A stretch of 64,000 bases of DNA from assembly GCA_002256025.1 (NCBI GenBank), contig NKIB01012997.1, forward strand, positions 1 to 64,000. The letters are read 5' to 3'. This document shows, one piece after another, positions 13,201 through 24,660 of this stretch. The translations under genes and the position numbers were made by a program. Below the pieces are notes generated by a model. That model searched no databases and had not been told where the DNA came from. It saw only the letters and a program-made list of their open reading frames with translations. Position 1 is the stretch's first letter. Each line of letters begins with the position of its first letter. Source of the stretch: Asterionella formosa. Taxonomy: Eukaryota.

Positions 13201-13648
13201 CGAATGCAGCCATTTCGTCCTTTCTGACCCGGCCACCTCTAATAGAAAAACAAGGATGACGAATGAGTACACTGAATACGAGTCACTGCCAGCATACATC
13301 AAGGACAACTGCTTTAATAACGCAACAAAGTTGATGGAATCTCTTGGAAAAATTCTTAGCTACGTTGCCTGGGTCTTTTGTGAGGAACAAAGTGTTGGGA
13401 TGAATGACGTAAACCTTGCTGCTGATATAAAGAACATTGTTACTAGTGAGATTGACCACACGAATTTTGATCCCTGTCCTTTTCTTGCTGAGGCTGGGAA
13501 GGCGATCAAAACTCGTCCGAATTATTGCAAAGAATTGAAAAAAGAAATTGTTTTCAATCTCGATTACACCTTCGCAGGAAAGCTCCAAGTCAATCTTGCC
13601 AAGAAGTTGAATATCGGTCAGGACTACGCCCAAATTACCGAGTGGTGA
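10298..13648 (+). CDS. Large nuclear protein with N-terminal FHA-like domain, Tudor-like domain(s) and helical C-terminus; ORF open from 10253
   Basis: 1131-aa intronless ORF; FHA-like ILGR...CISRKQLEI...VELVPGDVIEF; Tudor-like VGDLVDAKY...KWFRGRIAEV...VAYFDGDIEYGV; basic PRKNKR. Confidence 0.75.
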   Translation: MAKLSPPNSSNRITNFFSPSPRKNKRTIDALEGENQENGTVKKANHANSGPHGGTPFLPHSYKGETLCVEPVEILFGLQRIAIASEPLKNLSAKQGEAKPLSVGSILGRNLSANSVIARRNRNNKIDLQIWTENGGCCISRKQLEIKRMNTSSITIQQPKNVVNETVHIIKYNAITKTMSRSPVRLKRGSSVELVPGDVIEFDGLSIINDKPTRNPKPLHVFRLVRLKPFSNKKKAPALSLTASTNTIMVDLCASSESQQNMSEVLTQMRNSPKNLMARLDLIGSPSTLHNSTPKVESLRQDKIVVDLCACSVSQEEIPVDARHATTRTGACSGTNGSQCLSSATKPGVASLRKNLSSHTQRVASTVWKFEVNPTLKSSRFNAISVSTGSLRSEERKQSRSDHIPTPVLFHAEMDAPKSIKVQKTDWDTDKVLPTQNRLNASLSGHADDTKLVNAPIICDIFAENTIKPIPIPKPNSGDLFRVKMKCVDIFERKVDQWFFGEADNVSRRNGKRSTYKVTLKFEDNSTELYDYPAGDNSIQQIELDNEGTCARKVVFDSSTGERSKGEIVYELNPTMLYVGDLVDAKYQDGMGSPHDGKWFRGRIAEVNSHTNTAVVAYFDGDIEYGVPMGSTKIRLISRGYDDMCWLESVRVDTTRGKGAKKTPKGTISTIENDGRAVCQRDLKVKVVFADGRHKMFLFVKIVKWLFADYVESVLPINKILWPFEKVIDSSEMKTTTTENRTTSADEGENDFSEPERKQYHVRRVADPIALSCMHPSLGNSFFRALDASEPHIGELFLAHMATLHRRGPTSKNGHDLLTLLLNGPRSEGTLFPDPNRVDHAKKYVHLMMSSSCTAQALIDSLPISSWKDLCGCLLQLKDRAYQVAGDEISTNKVALQRVQHSLQVAAASAEFFGSIFEYELKDFVSSEKKEHKTSYRCGKLVKALLENPDGVRDSLKMVTRIYITAWIECSHFVLSDPATSNRKTRMTNEYTEYESLPAYIKDNCFNNATKLMESLGKILSYVAWVFCEEQSVGMNDVNLAADIKNIVTSEIDHTNFDPCPFLAEAGKAIKTRPNYCKELKKEIVFNLDYTFAGKLQVNLAKKLNIGQDYAQITEW

Positions 13649-13674
13649 AGAAGGCAATAGCATGGGGAAAAACT

Positions 13675-15652
13675 TTAAAGTTTCAAAAACCGAGGTGGCT
13701 TCTTTCTTTCATTACTTCCCCTGATTATTCGACCTGATCTCTTCAAAGGAAAAAAATACCTCATTTGCTCAATAGCCACACCCCAAACGAGGCGCCGACC
13801 ACCCTTCGTCTTTAGGACATCCTGCAGCACTCTACGTCGTGAATATCCAGTGATCAATGCCGAGTCTCGAAGTATCTTAAAGATTCGTCTTCCTTCGATT
13901 CGTCCTGATGAATTGGACCGAATTAAATTTTGAAGAGTTCTGGTCACAACTGGCGAATTTGTTGGATTGGTGAGAAGTCGATTCAGGGCAAATGGGTACA
14001 TCATCTGCAAGACGTTGAAATTCGGATCCAGTGATCTTGCTATACCTTCCAATGTTGACATGGCGCGGGCATTGTTAATAAAATAAGGAGGTAGTTGAAA
14101 GCGGAATCTAGGCACTAGTCTTGCCAAGGCGTCTAGAAGCTTGTCGAATTTCAGAGTTGGGACAAGTGTGCCTACTACATTGTCGTCTGTGCTGTTTGAA
14201 TAGATGAGGCATTCACTCATGGTAATTTCCATGCTCTCGACTAACGCCGCCCTCTCCTTGGGATCATCAAGAACGTCACTTGGGAGGAGCTGCAATTCGC
14301 CAAATAGACTAGCAACCGCCTCAATATCTCGTGAGAAGACCAGCTCAACAGTCGCACAAACTAGTCCGTCTCTAACTTGAGTTGGCACAGAACTCAGGAG
14401 GCCAAAATCAAGATACGCAAGATGTTTTCCATCGACTTTTAATAAATTACCTGGAAATGAAAATAAATCAAAGGGTGAGAATTCAAGTAACAAAACACAT
14501 TAGTGCATGTGGTCATTGATAACACTGCACACCTCCGTGAGGGTCTGCATGAAGGACACCTGTCTCGAGCAGTTGACTTAATGTGCAGAAAATCCCGGAT
14601 CGAATGATTTCCAAGCTTGCGGCGTTTTCGGCAAGTGCGCCTTCACCATCGCTATCTACAGCGGTTAGTTTTGTCCCCTGCACCCACTCTAAAACCAATA
14701 CGTTGTCAGTACAAAGTTTGGTAAGGACGTCAGGAACCACACACATGGGCTTGGTCCCGATTCGGCGGCAGTAAAGACTGGCAAAAGCAGCGACATTTAG
14801 CGCCTCGTTTCGATAGTCTAGCTCTTCGATTATTCTCGACATGAACTCTTCCACAGCGTCAACCAGTTCGGTCGCAATAAGGCGACCACCTCTCGTTTTC
14901 CCCAATGTTGGTAGGGGTGGAATAGACTCAGCCCAAATTGCCAGCGTTCTTAACAAAGCAGCGTCGCGCTCAACAAGTAGTCGAATCCCTGGTCGCTGCA
15001 CCTTCACGGCCACTGCACCGTATTCTGGCACATATCCCTTGTAGACTTGACCAACACTAGCAGCAGCGACGGGAGCGTCGGTTAAACTCTCCAAGAAGTT
15101 TTTCATGGAGTCTTGGTCCATCACACTGCTCAGTTCGTCGCGGATGATTTCCTTAGCAACTAGAGTGTCAAATGGTCGCATGTTATCTTGGAGACTGGAT
15201 AGATCATATGCTAGACTTTGAGGAATAACATCAGGTCTAGACGCTAGAGCTTGTCCGAATTTGACGTACGTCGGACCCAATTCTTCAAGTGCTAAAGCGA
15301 CTCGTTGACCATTGGTCAAATGTCCGTTCGAACGAGACCAGAACATACCCCAGTCTGAAGGAAAACCATTATTTAACAATGATAAAACTAGTGGTGACAG
15401 TAACTTCCCCGAGACAATGCTCGCGATTTCAATAGCCCTAACGATGGGACGTTCCATGCCATCTCCGACTCTCATGTTGTCGACACCATCTGCCGCCTGA
15501 TCCATGAATAGTAACGAAGCTTTTGAGGGAATCGACATAGATTTTTGAAGTGAAAAAGCCTTCACTTGCTGAAAGGTGCATCCCTTGCCACTAATGAATC
15601 CCACTACCAGTAGCGACAACGACAAGCCGGAGGGAAACCGTCGCGAATGCAT
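13675..15652 (-). CDS. ABC1/UbiB-family atypical kinase, probably plastid-targeted, 2 exons (15652-14533, 14450-13675)
   Basis: LGPTYVKFGQ, AAASVGQVY, VAVKVQRP, EELDYRNEA, HADPHG|GNLL across GT..AG intron 14532-14451, YLDFG; N-terminal signal followed by VKA-F. Confidence 0.92.
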
Positions 15653-16399
15653 TTCCTTCTTTGGATATATGTGCTAATTAGTATACCGGTAGTACAACTT
15701 GCTTAACTTGCAAAAGACTTGACTGGGCGCCTTTCTCCTAGTGTTTTTTCTTCCGTCCAGGGGCTGAGAAGCAATCATATCAAAGTTATGAACATCACAA
15801 CTACATTGCTGTTCTGGTTCATCAAATTGCAAAATTGTCGGAGAAAAAGGCGGGATCATGATGACAACACGAACTGTCCGACGCGCATCACCATCATATA
15901 CCGGTATGTTTGTACATTAGACCTTTTGCTTGTCAAACCTCACAAGTACCAGGGGCTACGCGGACCAACGTCCGGCGAGTCACGAGGATTGTGAATCCGT
16001 TGCAGTCCAACGAGTCTGTCGAATATCCCTCCGTCAGCCAGCGTCATCAATGACCAGCAGCTTCGTTGTGCCAACGAGATAAAAAAAGCCTTGTATAAAC
16101 ATGAGGTTCACGTCATCGAACATCAGCTATGCAAAACGGAAAACTAGAGAACAGGTTCTTGATGTGTTCTATCCAATGCAAAGAATGCAATTGAAACAAG
16201 AGTTTTGTTTAGTATATAGTTGCCAACAGTGAGAATTGAAAGTACAAGTTTTAACATTACACATATACCAGTTCCAGGTATTTACAAAAGTAGTTCAAAG
16301 TTGCGAGAATAAAAAACCATAAAATACCAGGAATTAGCATATTTCCAGCACATTAAACCTCAAAGAAATTTGACTCTGAAAGTTTGGAGGTTGGGCCTA

Positions 16400-17566
16400 C
16401 TACGGGTAAGTAGACGAGGATTTTTTTCGCTTGGTATCGGGCACAATGTTTACAATAACAATCAGGTCACCCCGCTTCCCATACCGTTGGCGATCTGGCC
16501 AACCTTTCCCTGGTATTGTGACTTGTTGGCCAGATTGTCCAATTTGACATGGTTTCAGTTCAACATAGATCGGGGCATCCAGTTTATTGAGAGGTTCGAT
16601 AATCTTGGAGCAGCCTGTCCTTGCCTGAGTTTTGTCAATTGTGATTGTTGTCATCAAGTCATTCCCAACGCGAACATAGTGTTTGTGCTTTTCTTCCTCC
16701 AAAACAAAAATGACTTCAAAACCAGGTTCCACATCAGTGAACTTCAACTTAGTTCCCCCCTTCCAACCACTTTGAAGTTCGACGTTGTAGTCCACTAACG
16801 ATGGCTGAGGTAAATTGGATTGAAAAATCAAAACCCCAGCAAGGAGGGCCAGTGGAAAGCCAAGCAATCGAATGATAGGGGATGCATATATCAAGGCCTG
16901 ATAAAAAAGAGGCTTAGCAATTCCTCCCCTGCATGCAGCCCTCATTCGTCTCCAGTAACTGTCGTGAAGTGAAAAAGTCATTCCCGGTCTACCAGAAAAC
17001 AAATCTTCCAGGGGAACTTTTACCTTTTGTACATACGTGCTCTTGAAATTGCTAGGATTCCAAAAGCCAGGTCGACCAGAGGCAAACATTTGTGATACAT
17101 CGACTCCATTGAAATAAAATGGAGTGGTCGGCGGATGTGATTGTCGTGCAAAAGGGCTACTTTGGCTGAAAAATTCGCGATAAACCGATGCTGGGTCTGG
17201 TCGATGCAGCCCTTCGTTCACAAACGGAGACAAGTAGATTGACGAGCTCTCGTAGCGCCTTCGAGCATCTTCGTCGCCAATTATTTCATTCGCTTGTTGC
17301 AATTGTTTGAAGAGTTCTTCGCATTTCTTCTGCTCCTTCGCCGTCTTGTTTACATTCTTGTCTGGATGGTACAAGAGGCAGAGTTTTCTGTAGGATCGGC
17401 GGATTTCCTCGGTCGTTGCATCCTTTGTGACCCCAAGAACTCGATAAGGATTGAAAGGAGATGTAGAAGCGACTGACACAAGCAGGAGGGAGAAGAAAAG
17501 TAAAGGGAATGCGAAGCGTCGATTGCGTGAAACTAACATGGTGATTTGGATCAAAGAAAGTTCCAT
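16400..17566 (-). CDS. DnaJ/Hsp40 type II co-chaperone with signal peptide (ERdj3/DNAJB-like); start at 17566 or 17539
   Basis: Hydrophobic signal, J domain (PYRVLGV...YHPDKN), G/F-rich linker, C-terminal domain (VPLEDLFSG, GWKGGTKLKF, PGKGWP...RGDLIV). Confidence 0.88.
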   Translation of the reverse strand: MELSLIQITMLVSRNRRFAFPLLFFSLLLVSVASTSPFNPYRVLGVTKDATTEEIRRSYRKLCLLYHPDKNVNKTAKEQKKCEELFKQLQQANEIIGDEDARRRYESSSIYLSPFVNEGLHRPDPASVYREFFSQSSPFARQSHPPTTPFYFNGVDVSQMFASGRPGFWNPSNFKSTYVQKVKVPLEDLFSGRPGMTFSLHDSYWRRMRAACRGGIAKPLFYQALIYASPIIRLLGFPLALLAGVLIFQSNLPQPSLVDYNVELQSGWKGGTKLKFTDVEPGFEVIFVLEEEKHKHYVRVGNDLMTTITIDKTQARTGCSKIIEPLNKLDAPIYVELKPCQIGQSGQQVTIPGKGWPDRQRYGKRGDLIVIVNIVPDTKRKKSSSTYP

Positions 17567-18081
17567 TGTGCGACGCTCTCCGAAATTCCCGATTTTTTTG
17601 TAAGAATTGTTGTTGTGCAGCATTGTACATAGGAGATCCTTATCTTGAAAACTCATTGTGACGTCACCTGTCATTGGCTTCCATATAATTCCTGCGTGAT
17701 TGTTTATCACTCTACTCTCCAATCTCATTCCTTTTTCAAACTTATCATCAGTTGTTGATTTATCTTTAACTTTAACAGTCAATATATTACAGATTAATCT
17801 AACTCACTAAATCTATTATTTTCATCCAAAGTACTGTATTTCGTTTAGATTGACACCTACAGACTATACCATATACTTCATTGTCCAGGACCCCCCCCTG
17901 AGGTTGCTGGACCCCCCTGTACATTTTTCCAAGGTGGCACCAAACACCCAATAATTTTCTAGACATAGACAAAGTAACGTACTATGATTCTGGTTTTTGT
18001 GGCGGAAATTGAATGACGCTACCAGCACTATTATAAACTACTGGTAATTTTGGTACTACCAATGCATAATACATATTAATC

Positions 18082-18501
18082 ATGATGTCAACAACAAGAT
18101 TAGCAACAATCAACAGCCGCCAAGATGGGGAGTTGCTTGGACTGAATGCTTCCAGAAATGGGCGCTCATGTGAGCAACATGAATGCTATAGGAAGGCGGT
18201 TAAGGCTAAGAATGATGTGATCAGGTTCATGCTGGCTGTTGTGGAGGGTGTACTGGGCAAGCCAATGGAGATGATCAAGGCTGGTGTCCTCATCAAGGAC
18301 AGCACGGAACTTTGCACTGTTGGGTTTCTGGGCAGAGAAGTTGCAGCATAGCCTCCACAACAGAGCAAGTACATTGACAAGTTTGCACAGGTGCTAGAAC
18401 TGTATGATGACAATGAAAATTCTATGATGAGAAAGAAGAGCAAGAGGAATGCCAGAATGGCTTCATTCCGCTTGATGGAGGATATTCAAGTTCAGGAGTA
18501 G
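18082..18501 (+). pseudogene. Cargo ORF of the pogo-like element (GRSCEQH motif, HIRAN-like by inference), one in-frame stop
   Basis: DGELLGLNASRNGRSCEQHEC...ELCTVGFLGREVAA*PPQQSKYIDKFAQVLELY...RNARMASFRL; TAG at 18349-18351 interrupts an otherwise continuous frame. Confidence 0.6.
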
Positions 18502-18699
18502 ATTCGATTGTAGCAGTCATCAATAACAATGTAAACATGCATTCTATACTATATATTATAACATTGTAGAACATTAGATAGATTCTAAAATCATTTCCTT
18601 AAGTAGTATCATGTTTTGAGATGTGCACCAACAAGCTACATGCTGTTGAACAACGCTCAAGCAAGCAAGCTAACAACATGTCCCAATAAGCGCTTCAGT

Positions 18700-19044
18700 T
18701 CAGCAGCAAGCAACATGATCAAGCAACATGATCAAGCAAATGCGATCATCGCCATGAAGCTGATCATACAAGAGACGAATTGCGGCAAATTCAGCTGCAC
18801 TATTGTTATGCAACTTGCCTAAATGAAAAGTTTGTTTTTTCAGTACTAGAAGACAACCCTCATCCAACAATAAACCTTGTCCATCAGAATGACAGTTGTT
18901 GAAATCGTGAAAATTATCTTTCCAGCGCCGAATGTTGCTGGCGCCGATGGCATACTTACGTGCAACAGCCTTAATGACACCGGGGAGTTCCCATGCTTCA
19001 CCCACTATAGTGCACTTTTCTTGCAAGGTGAAGAACTTTCTCAT
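18700..19044 (-). pseudogene. pogo/CENP-B-type transposase N-terminal HTH, catalytic domain missing
   Basis: RKFFTLQEKCTIV...IKAVARKYAIGASNIRRWK matches the CENP-B/pogo N-terminal HTH pattern; no DDE domain seen. Confidence 0.7.
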
Positions 19045-20739
19045 TTTTCACTTTTCGGAAACAGTGATCATATTAATAAATATTAGAACAATGCGCGCCA
19101 TCCTGTAGAACTAATAAAATTAATTTAGGACTAGTATAAGGGAAATCTCTTCATTATCCTGGAACCCCCTTGTTAAGCAAAATCAGTCAAATTCAGTCAT
19201 GGCAGTGTACATTGGGGTGGGGTCCACAACAATGAAGTACATGGTTGTTCCTTTCATATATTGATATCATAGCTATAATTGCAGGTTATTAGAGCCCTCT
19301 TTGATCTGTTTCCACACAAAAGTTCATCTCTATCTTTTCTGTTCTTCTTCATTCTCCTTTTGAAGATCACCATGATAACTCCCACTCCTTCCATTCCTGA
19401 AAGCATCGAAAGCGCTTGCCCTCTTGGTCTTATTCCATTGTTGCCTGATCTCTCTACCATGACCCCCTGCCTCTTGGTACACACCCCGGTTGCTTGTTTC
19501 TATTCCAAATGAGGTCAAGTTTTCGATTTTTCCTTGTGGTCTGGTGCGGTTGTTCATTTCACTTCCATCCCTTCTGCCTACGCCCTGTCCTTGTGACTGT
19601 TGTGGCTATTGAATGCGATGATCCTCATCAAATCCTCTATACCTTTTGCCATTCTGATGGGGTTCTCATCGATACATCACCCTGTGGCTTTCCTGGTTAA
19701 TATGCTGATCCTCTATTCCAAACATTGCTTGCTCCACTCCTCTTCCCTGCAGTATCATAATCACTGATCATCCCAACTACACCCTCCGCATGGTCACTTC
19801 CCCCTAGTTCTCATTCATAATGTTTTCAAACATGTCAGTTTTGACTCCTGCCCCTGAACTTCCCACATCCGTGCTCCTTGAACCTTTTTCTGTCTATTCC
19901 CCACCTGATACCAAGAAGATTCTCTTATCCCTTGAGCGCCTTTCCCTTCAGTATCGACACACACTCACTGCTGCTCCTCCCATCACTGCTTCACTCTTGA
20001 TGGTCTTCCTTCTTCCATGCTGGATCTTCAGCACCAACTCGGCGAGTTTATGATGATTGAATATTTTCCTCACTCCGGTTTTCTCTCAATTCCTGATGCC
20101 CGTGGTGTTTCTCGCGATATTTTTGGTGATTCGAATTCTCTTGTTCTTGATGATTTTGAACGCGCTGAAGCCCATCTTTCTTCTTGCTGACTCTTTTCCT
20201 ACTGGTCAGGCGCTTGCTAAACTTTCACTCTGATTTTTCTTAAGCTAAAAAACTCTTGCACTCCCATTTTTCAGGCCATCCTTCGCAGCACCTACAAGCC
20301 TTTCTACGGTACTTCCTTCTTTCTCTACTATGCCTACATGCTTGAATACTGTCACATGTCCGGTGTTGGCACCGTTATCGATATTAAAAATGTTCGTGAG
20401 CAGCTGAGTCAGCAAGCAAAGCCCGTTTTAGCTTTTCGCTCTTTTCTCTATGATGCTGTTAAGATCTCGATTCAGCTGGGGTCAATGATTAAGTCAATTA
20501 CAAGTCTACAAGAGTTCCAGATGAGAGAGAAGAACGAAAGTTTCAAGACAATTAATGCAGATCATTAAAATTATAACACAAGTGATGATCAAAGTACCTG
20601 GTACCACAAGATGCCATGTAAAATATAGTGGTCGTTGTAGTGGGTTCAACGCCGGCTATGCATAAATTTGTAAAAGTATGAATGACTGCTTGGAGAGCAT
20701 GACCGCACCAGAACCATCTATGACCGCACAAGAATAAAA

Positions 20740-21860
20740 TACTCCTCCCAAGGGTAAGGTACAAGAGAATTAGTAACCTTGATAAGTGAATGGACAATAT
20801 GATCACCATAACATGCATTTGCAGCATGCCATGTGCTTGGCAGGTGGGAGCAAATTGGTGAGAACATCAGCAAGAAGGTTAGAATTTCCTGGTTTGTGCA
20901 ATATGCGCATGGCTTGAGATGTCACACTTTCCCGAACTTTATGATAAGCGATGCAGTTGTGCTTCTTCTGAAGCACGGATTCAGGTCGAGTGACATTTTG
21001 GACAACACTATTGTTATCACAAAATGTATTGGTGGGACCATCAATGGGGATGCCAAACATACGAAGTTTGTAACGGATGCCCTTGTTGAGTTCGGTAGCA
21101 ATTTTGAGGGCGACAAATTCGGAGCCAAAGGTAGAGGATTCAATTGTATTCTGGGCCTTGGAGAACCAGCGGATTGGGCTGCCATTAATGAAGATAACGA
21201 TGCCAGTGGTGGAACATCGAGTTAAAAGATCAACAGCATGTGCAGCGTCACAGAACATGTTGATTTGTACTGGATATCCATAGGGTGTGGGCATATTGGG
21301 TGGTATTGCCTCAGTGAGACCAGGATAAAATTCACTCCAGTCATGGGAGGACCATTGGTAGGAACTCCAATCACGTACATTGGGATCAAAGACAATGCAT
21401 AATCATAAAGGTTTCTGAATGTATGCGAATATTTTAACCAATGCCACAAGATGGCCCTGTCGAGAAGATGCCATCATGATCTTGGACATTACAGCGCCAG
21501 AGTGTGCAAGATCGATCCTTCCCAATTCGATGGCCCAATGCATGATATCAATATAACTCTGATGGAGGTGAATATCTTCCTCTAAAAATTATTCCGTAGT
21601 GTCCAGTTAAGGCTGATAGTCTGGTGAAGCTGGGGCACCAAGGCGTGAGTTGCCATAGAGCGATGGTTTTGAGAGATCCAAAACGTTCTTCAATGATCAT
21701 TGGGAGTGCTTTTTCCAAGAAATTTTCAGCTGACATATACAAAGTTTGTATGCCAGTCCCTTCAATAGTGTATTTTCCTATCATCAATTCCATTTTCCGT
21801 ACCAGCTGTTGTATATACCTGTTCATTTGTCTTTGCTTTGAGATATGCATTTCCTATTTT
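20740..21860 (-). mobile_element. Ty1/Copia (CoDi-like) RT and RNase H fragment
   Basis: RNase H: FCDAAHA...STTG...ESSTFGSEFVA...RYKLRMFGIPIDGPTNTFCDNNSV...KKHNCIAYHKVRE; RT remnants IGNAYLKAKTNEQVYTTAG and HWAIELGRID; purine tract GGGAGGAG near 20742-20749 on the minus strand. Confidence 0.9.
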
Positions 21861-22937
21861 CTGAAAAAACAATTATCATGCATATAGGATCAAGGGTATC
21901 GTATGCTAAGTGGCACCCCCACGCCATTCCATTGTATCCTCTTGCTTGCTTCACTTACCACAGCCAAATCAAAGCAAGTGATGTATAATTCTGTAATAGT
22001 AAATTGTCAGTAAATTCTTGAATAAGTAAGTTTCAGGTTTCCAATGTTGCCAAATAAAACTTACTGATTCATTTTCGTTAGCTTAACTTTGAGAGAAGGT
22101 AAAGTGGCGTGTCCGCCAGTTATGTTCCATCAGAAATGAATAAGTCCAATGACAAGAGCACTTACCAATTTTGTTTTGTTTTGTTTTACATTGGTGCTCC
22201 CCAACAAGCGAAACGAGCTGTTGATTCAACTGAGAAAAAAGGAAATGTGTGTTTAGTTTACAATTTGTTGTTGTCCTGCCTCCCAACAATTGTCATCCAA
22301 GTACCACATTGATGGCTTCATTACCTTAAACATACTCCATCCTTCGAAGGCGCAATGTGTTGAAGCCACAATGTTTTTCGTTATTGCGTAAACTTGCGTA
22401 TATTTTCCTTTCTTGTCATGTGCTTTACAACGATATTTCGTTTCATGAAGCAGGCATTGTTTGTTAACATGACAGAACGATTTCAAATATATTTGCCATG
22501 TATATAGTCATAAAATTTGTAATTATATGAATATTTCAAGTGTCCTACATTTATAAAAATCAAAGGTACTCTCAATATGGAACGTCTAGTATTGTTAAGA
22601 TGATCATATTCCCATATAGATAATTCGAAAATATTCAATGCACGATATGTCCATTGTTTTCCACAACTTCATGTACCGGTACTGTTTTTTTGAAATGTGT
22701 TTGCATCAATATTTTCTACGTCCGTTGGAACCAATTATTTAGACCATTCAATTGGCTGGTGTACTAAGTCATAACCCATTTGTATCATTATTTATACGCA
22801 AGGATTTTGGTAGCAAATTGTTTAAGCCCCTTTTTGGGCAGGAGTTCTTCATGTGTACTGGTACATCATACAACAATAACATTTTATCATATATATACCA
22901 CAGAGTACCAGTGGCAGTTAGGAAGTGATATACTGGG

Positions 22938-23279
22938 GGTAGTCAGAGTAGTAAGCGAGCAACAGAACACCATATGTTCATGACTGTTGCTACTGCAGTG
23001 GAACAGTAAATCATCATAGTTTTGGGATTGTATGATCATAAAATTGAAAAAAGATAGTCGGAGTAGTAAGCGAGCAACAGAACACCATATGTTCATGACT
23101 GTTGCCATTGCAGCAGACAGTAAATCATCATGGCTTCAGGATCGTATGATCGTAAAATTGAAAGAGGGTAGTCGGAGTAGTAAGCAAGCAACAGAACACC
23201 ATATGTTCATGACTGCTGCTACTGCAGCGGGACAGTAAATCATCATAGTTTTAGGATCGTATAATCGTATCATTGAAAA
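22938..23279 (+). repeat. Tandem repeat, 3 units of ~114-115 bp
   Basis: AGTAGTAAGC(G/A)AGCAACAGAACACCATATGTTCATGACTG starts at 22947, 23062 and 23176. Confidence 0.95.
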
Positions 23280-23479
23280 CATGATATGCTATTACTCAAA
23301 CTTGGTTCTGATTTTGTATATGATAATGTAAATAGCACTGTTGGTTTTATGGTACTATCATATCTAGACAGCGTAAAATATTATAGGTAGTGGCTGATGA
23401 TTCATTTCATTGTAGCTTGCAACACCTGATTTTAAGATCATCAAACTTTAAGGAAGACAACGACAACAGTTATCTAGTA

Positions 23480-24660
23480 GTACAGGCAATGTCTTCAAAA
23501 AACCATGAAGAGGTTCATGGAAACAAGCGATATGTGGCAAATAATGCCGGTATGGAACAAAGAAGCAAGTACCAAAATGAGTTAACAAAGAAAAAGCGAA
23601 TAGGCGATTATCCAAAGGAACCCAATCAGCAACAGGGAGTTAGTGGGGGTACTACCCCATTGTCGATGGGTACACCATCAGCTACTAGTACACAGGATCC
23701 CGTAATCGATACTGAAAGCGATGATGACGTTTTTTTCAGTTGTTGATACAAGAAAAATTATGGCTCCTGTTGATGATACCATTAATAACTCCTGGATGCA
23801 GATGGACGACATGGTACCATATCATAAATTTTCTAATTGCACGGACCAACAACAAGTGTATGACAAACTGAGGGAAAAACATTTTGCACTTGCCAAAGGA
23901 TATTATCAATTGTTCAATGAACTCAATCACTACAAAGGTCGTAATTTGGTTCAAAACTCTTCCATACAATCTTCAATTTCAGCAGCCTTATCAGAACGTC
24001 GTTCCTGCTTAGCTAAAATTGAACCTTCAATTGTAACAAAGGTTGTGAGTTTTATTTTCAAGACCAAGAAGTTTTGCTGTGAACATGGAAGTTTGAGGTT
24101 ATAGTTCGTGAATTGCAGATACTGTAAAAAATATCAATCTAATGTGCTTTTTTCTGGTCCCAAAAGAGAATCAAACATCCCGCCCTATCTGGTCCAAGTA
24201 GTATGAAAGGCATTTCCAATCACAAACAGAATTCTTGGTTTGCCCAATGTTGCTTGCCTAACTTGGCTATACACGGTGAAACCGGTGTTAGGCAACAAAT
24301 TGGAGAGTGACCCAGAGCTTGCCGATTTCATATGGAAAGGTTCTGATGCACTACTTCCAATGAATCAGACCATTGAATGTACCAACAAGGCACATTTAGA
24401 TTACATCAAATCAGCATTTGGTGGCATGTGCATTAAAACGTTGAGAGAATGTGAGAATGTTTTGAATAATCAATTTAAAGGAATCTTAGGTAAGCTCTTG
24501 CAGGGAGATGCTCTGAAAGCATGATGTTTTGAGTCGGTGATTATATTCTTATCAAATATTTTTGAATTAAAAAATGCTAACATAATTCATGACACACCAG
24601 CTGGTCTAACAGAATATAACTTCCAGAATATAGATATTGATGACTTTATTAGGTGGGCGT
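23480..24660 (+). pseudogene. Fragmented unknown gene, probably TE-associated, truncated by the neighbouring Copia
   Basis: Chain of protein-like short ORFs in different frames with possible GT..AG intron near 24042-24118; no family recognised. Confidence 0.3.

Larger units (their letters stand above)
17876..19237. mobile_element. Internally deleted Tc1/mariner-pogo-like DNA transposon with TIRs and TA target duplication
   Basis: TA|CTTCATTGTCCAGGACCCC at the left end and GGGGTCCACAACAATGAAG|TA at the right end (imperfect ~23-bp TIR); contains a pogo-type HTH ORF and a second ORF. Confidence 0.8.

Noticed and set aside
17567..17782. N-terminal extension of the DnaJ ORF in the ORF track
   Set aside because: Starts at a non-ATG codon in AT-rich upstream DNA; the signal peptide lies after the downstream Met
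19280..20500. Pyrimidine-rich stretch resembling a retrotransposon gag remnant
   Set aside because: Composition is similar to the Copia at 27600, but no recognisable motif supports a call
22938..23279. Possible CRISPR array
   Set aside because: Whole 114-bp units repeat with no unique spacers, there are no cas genes, and the context is eukaryotic
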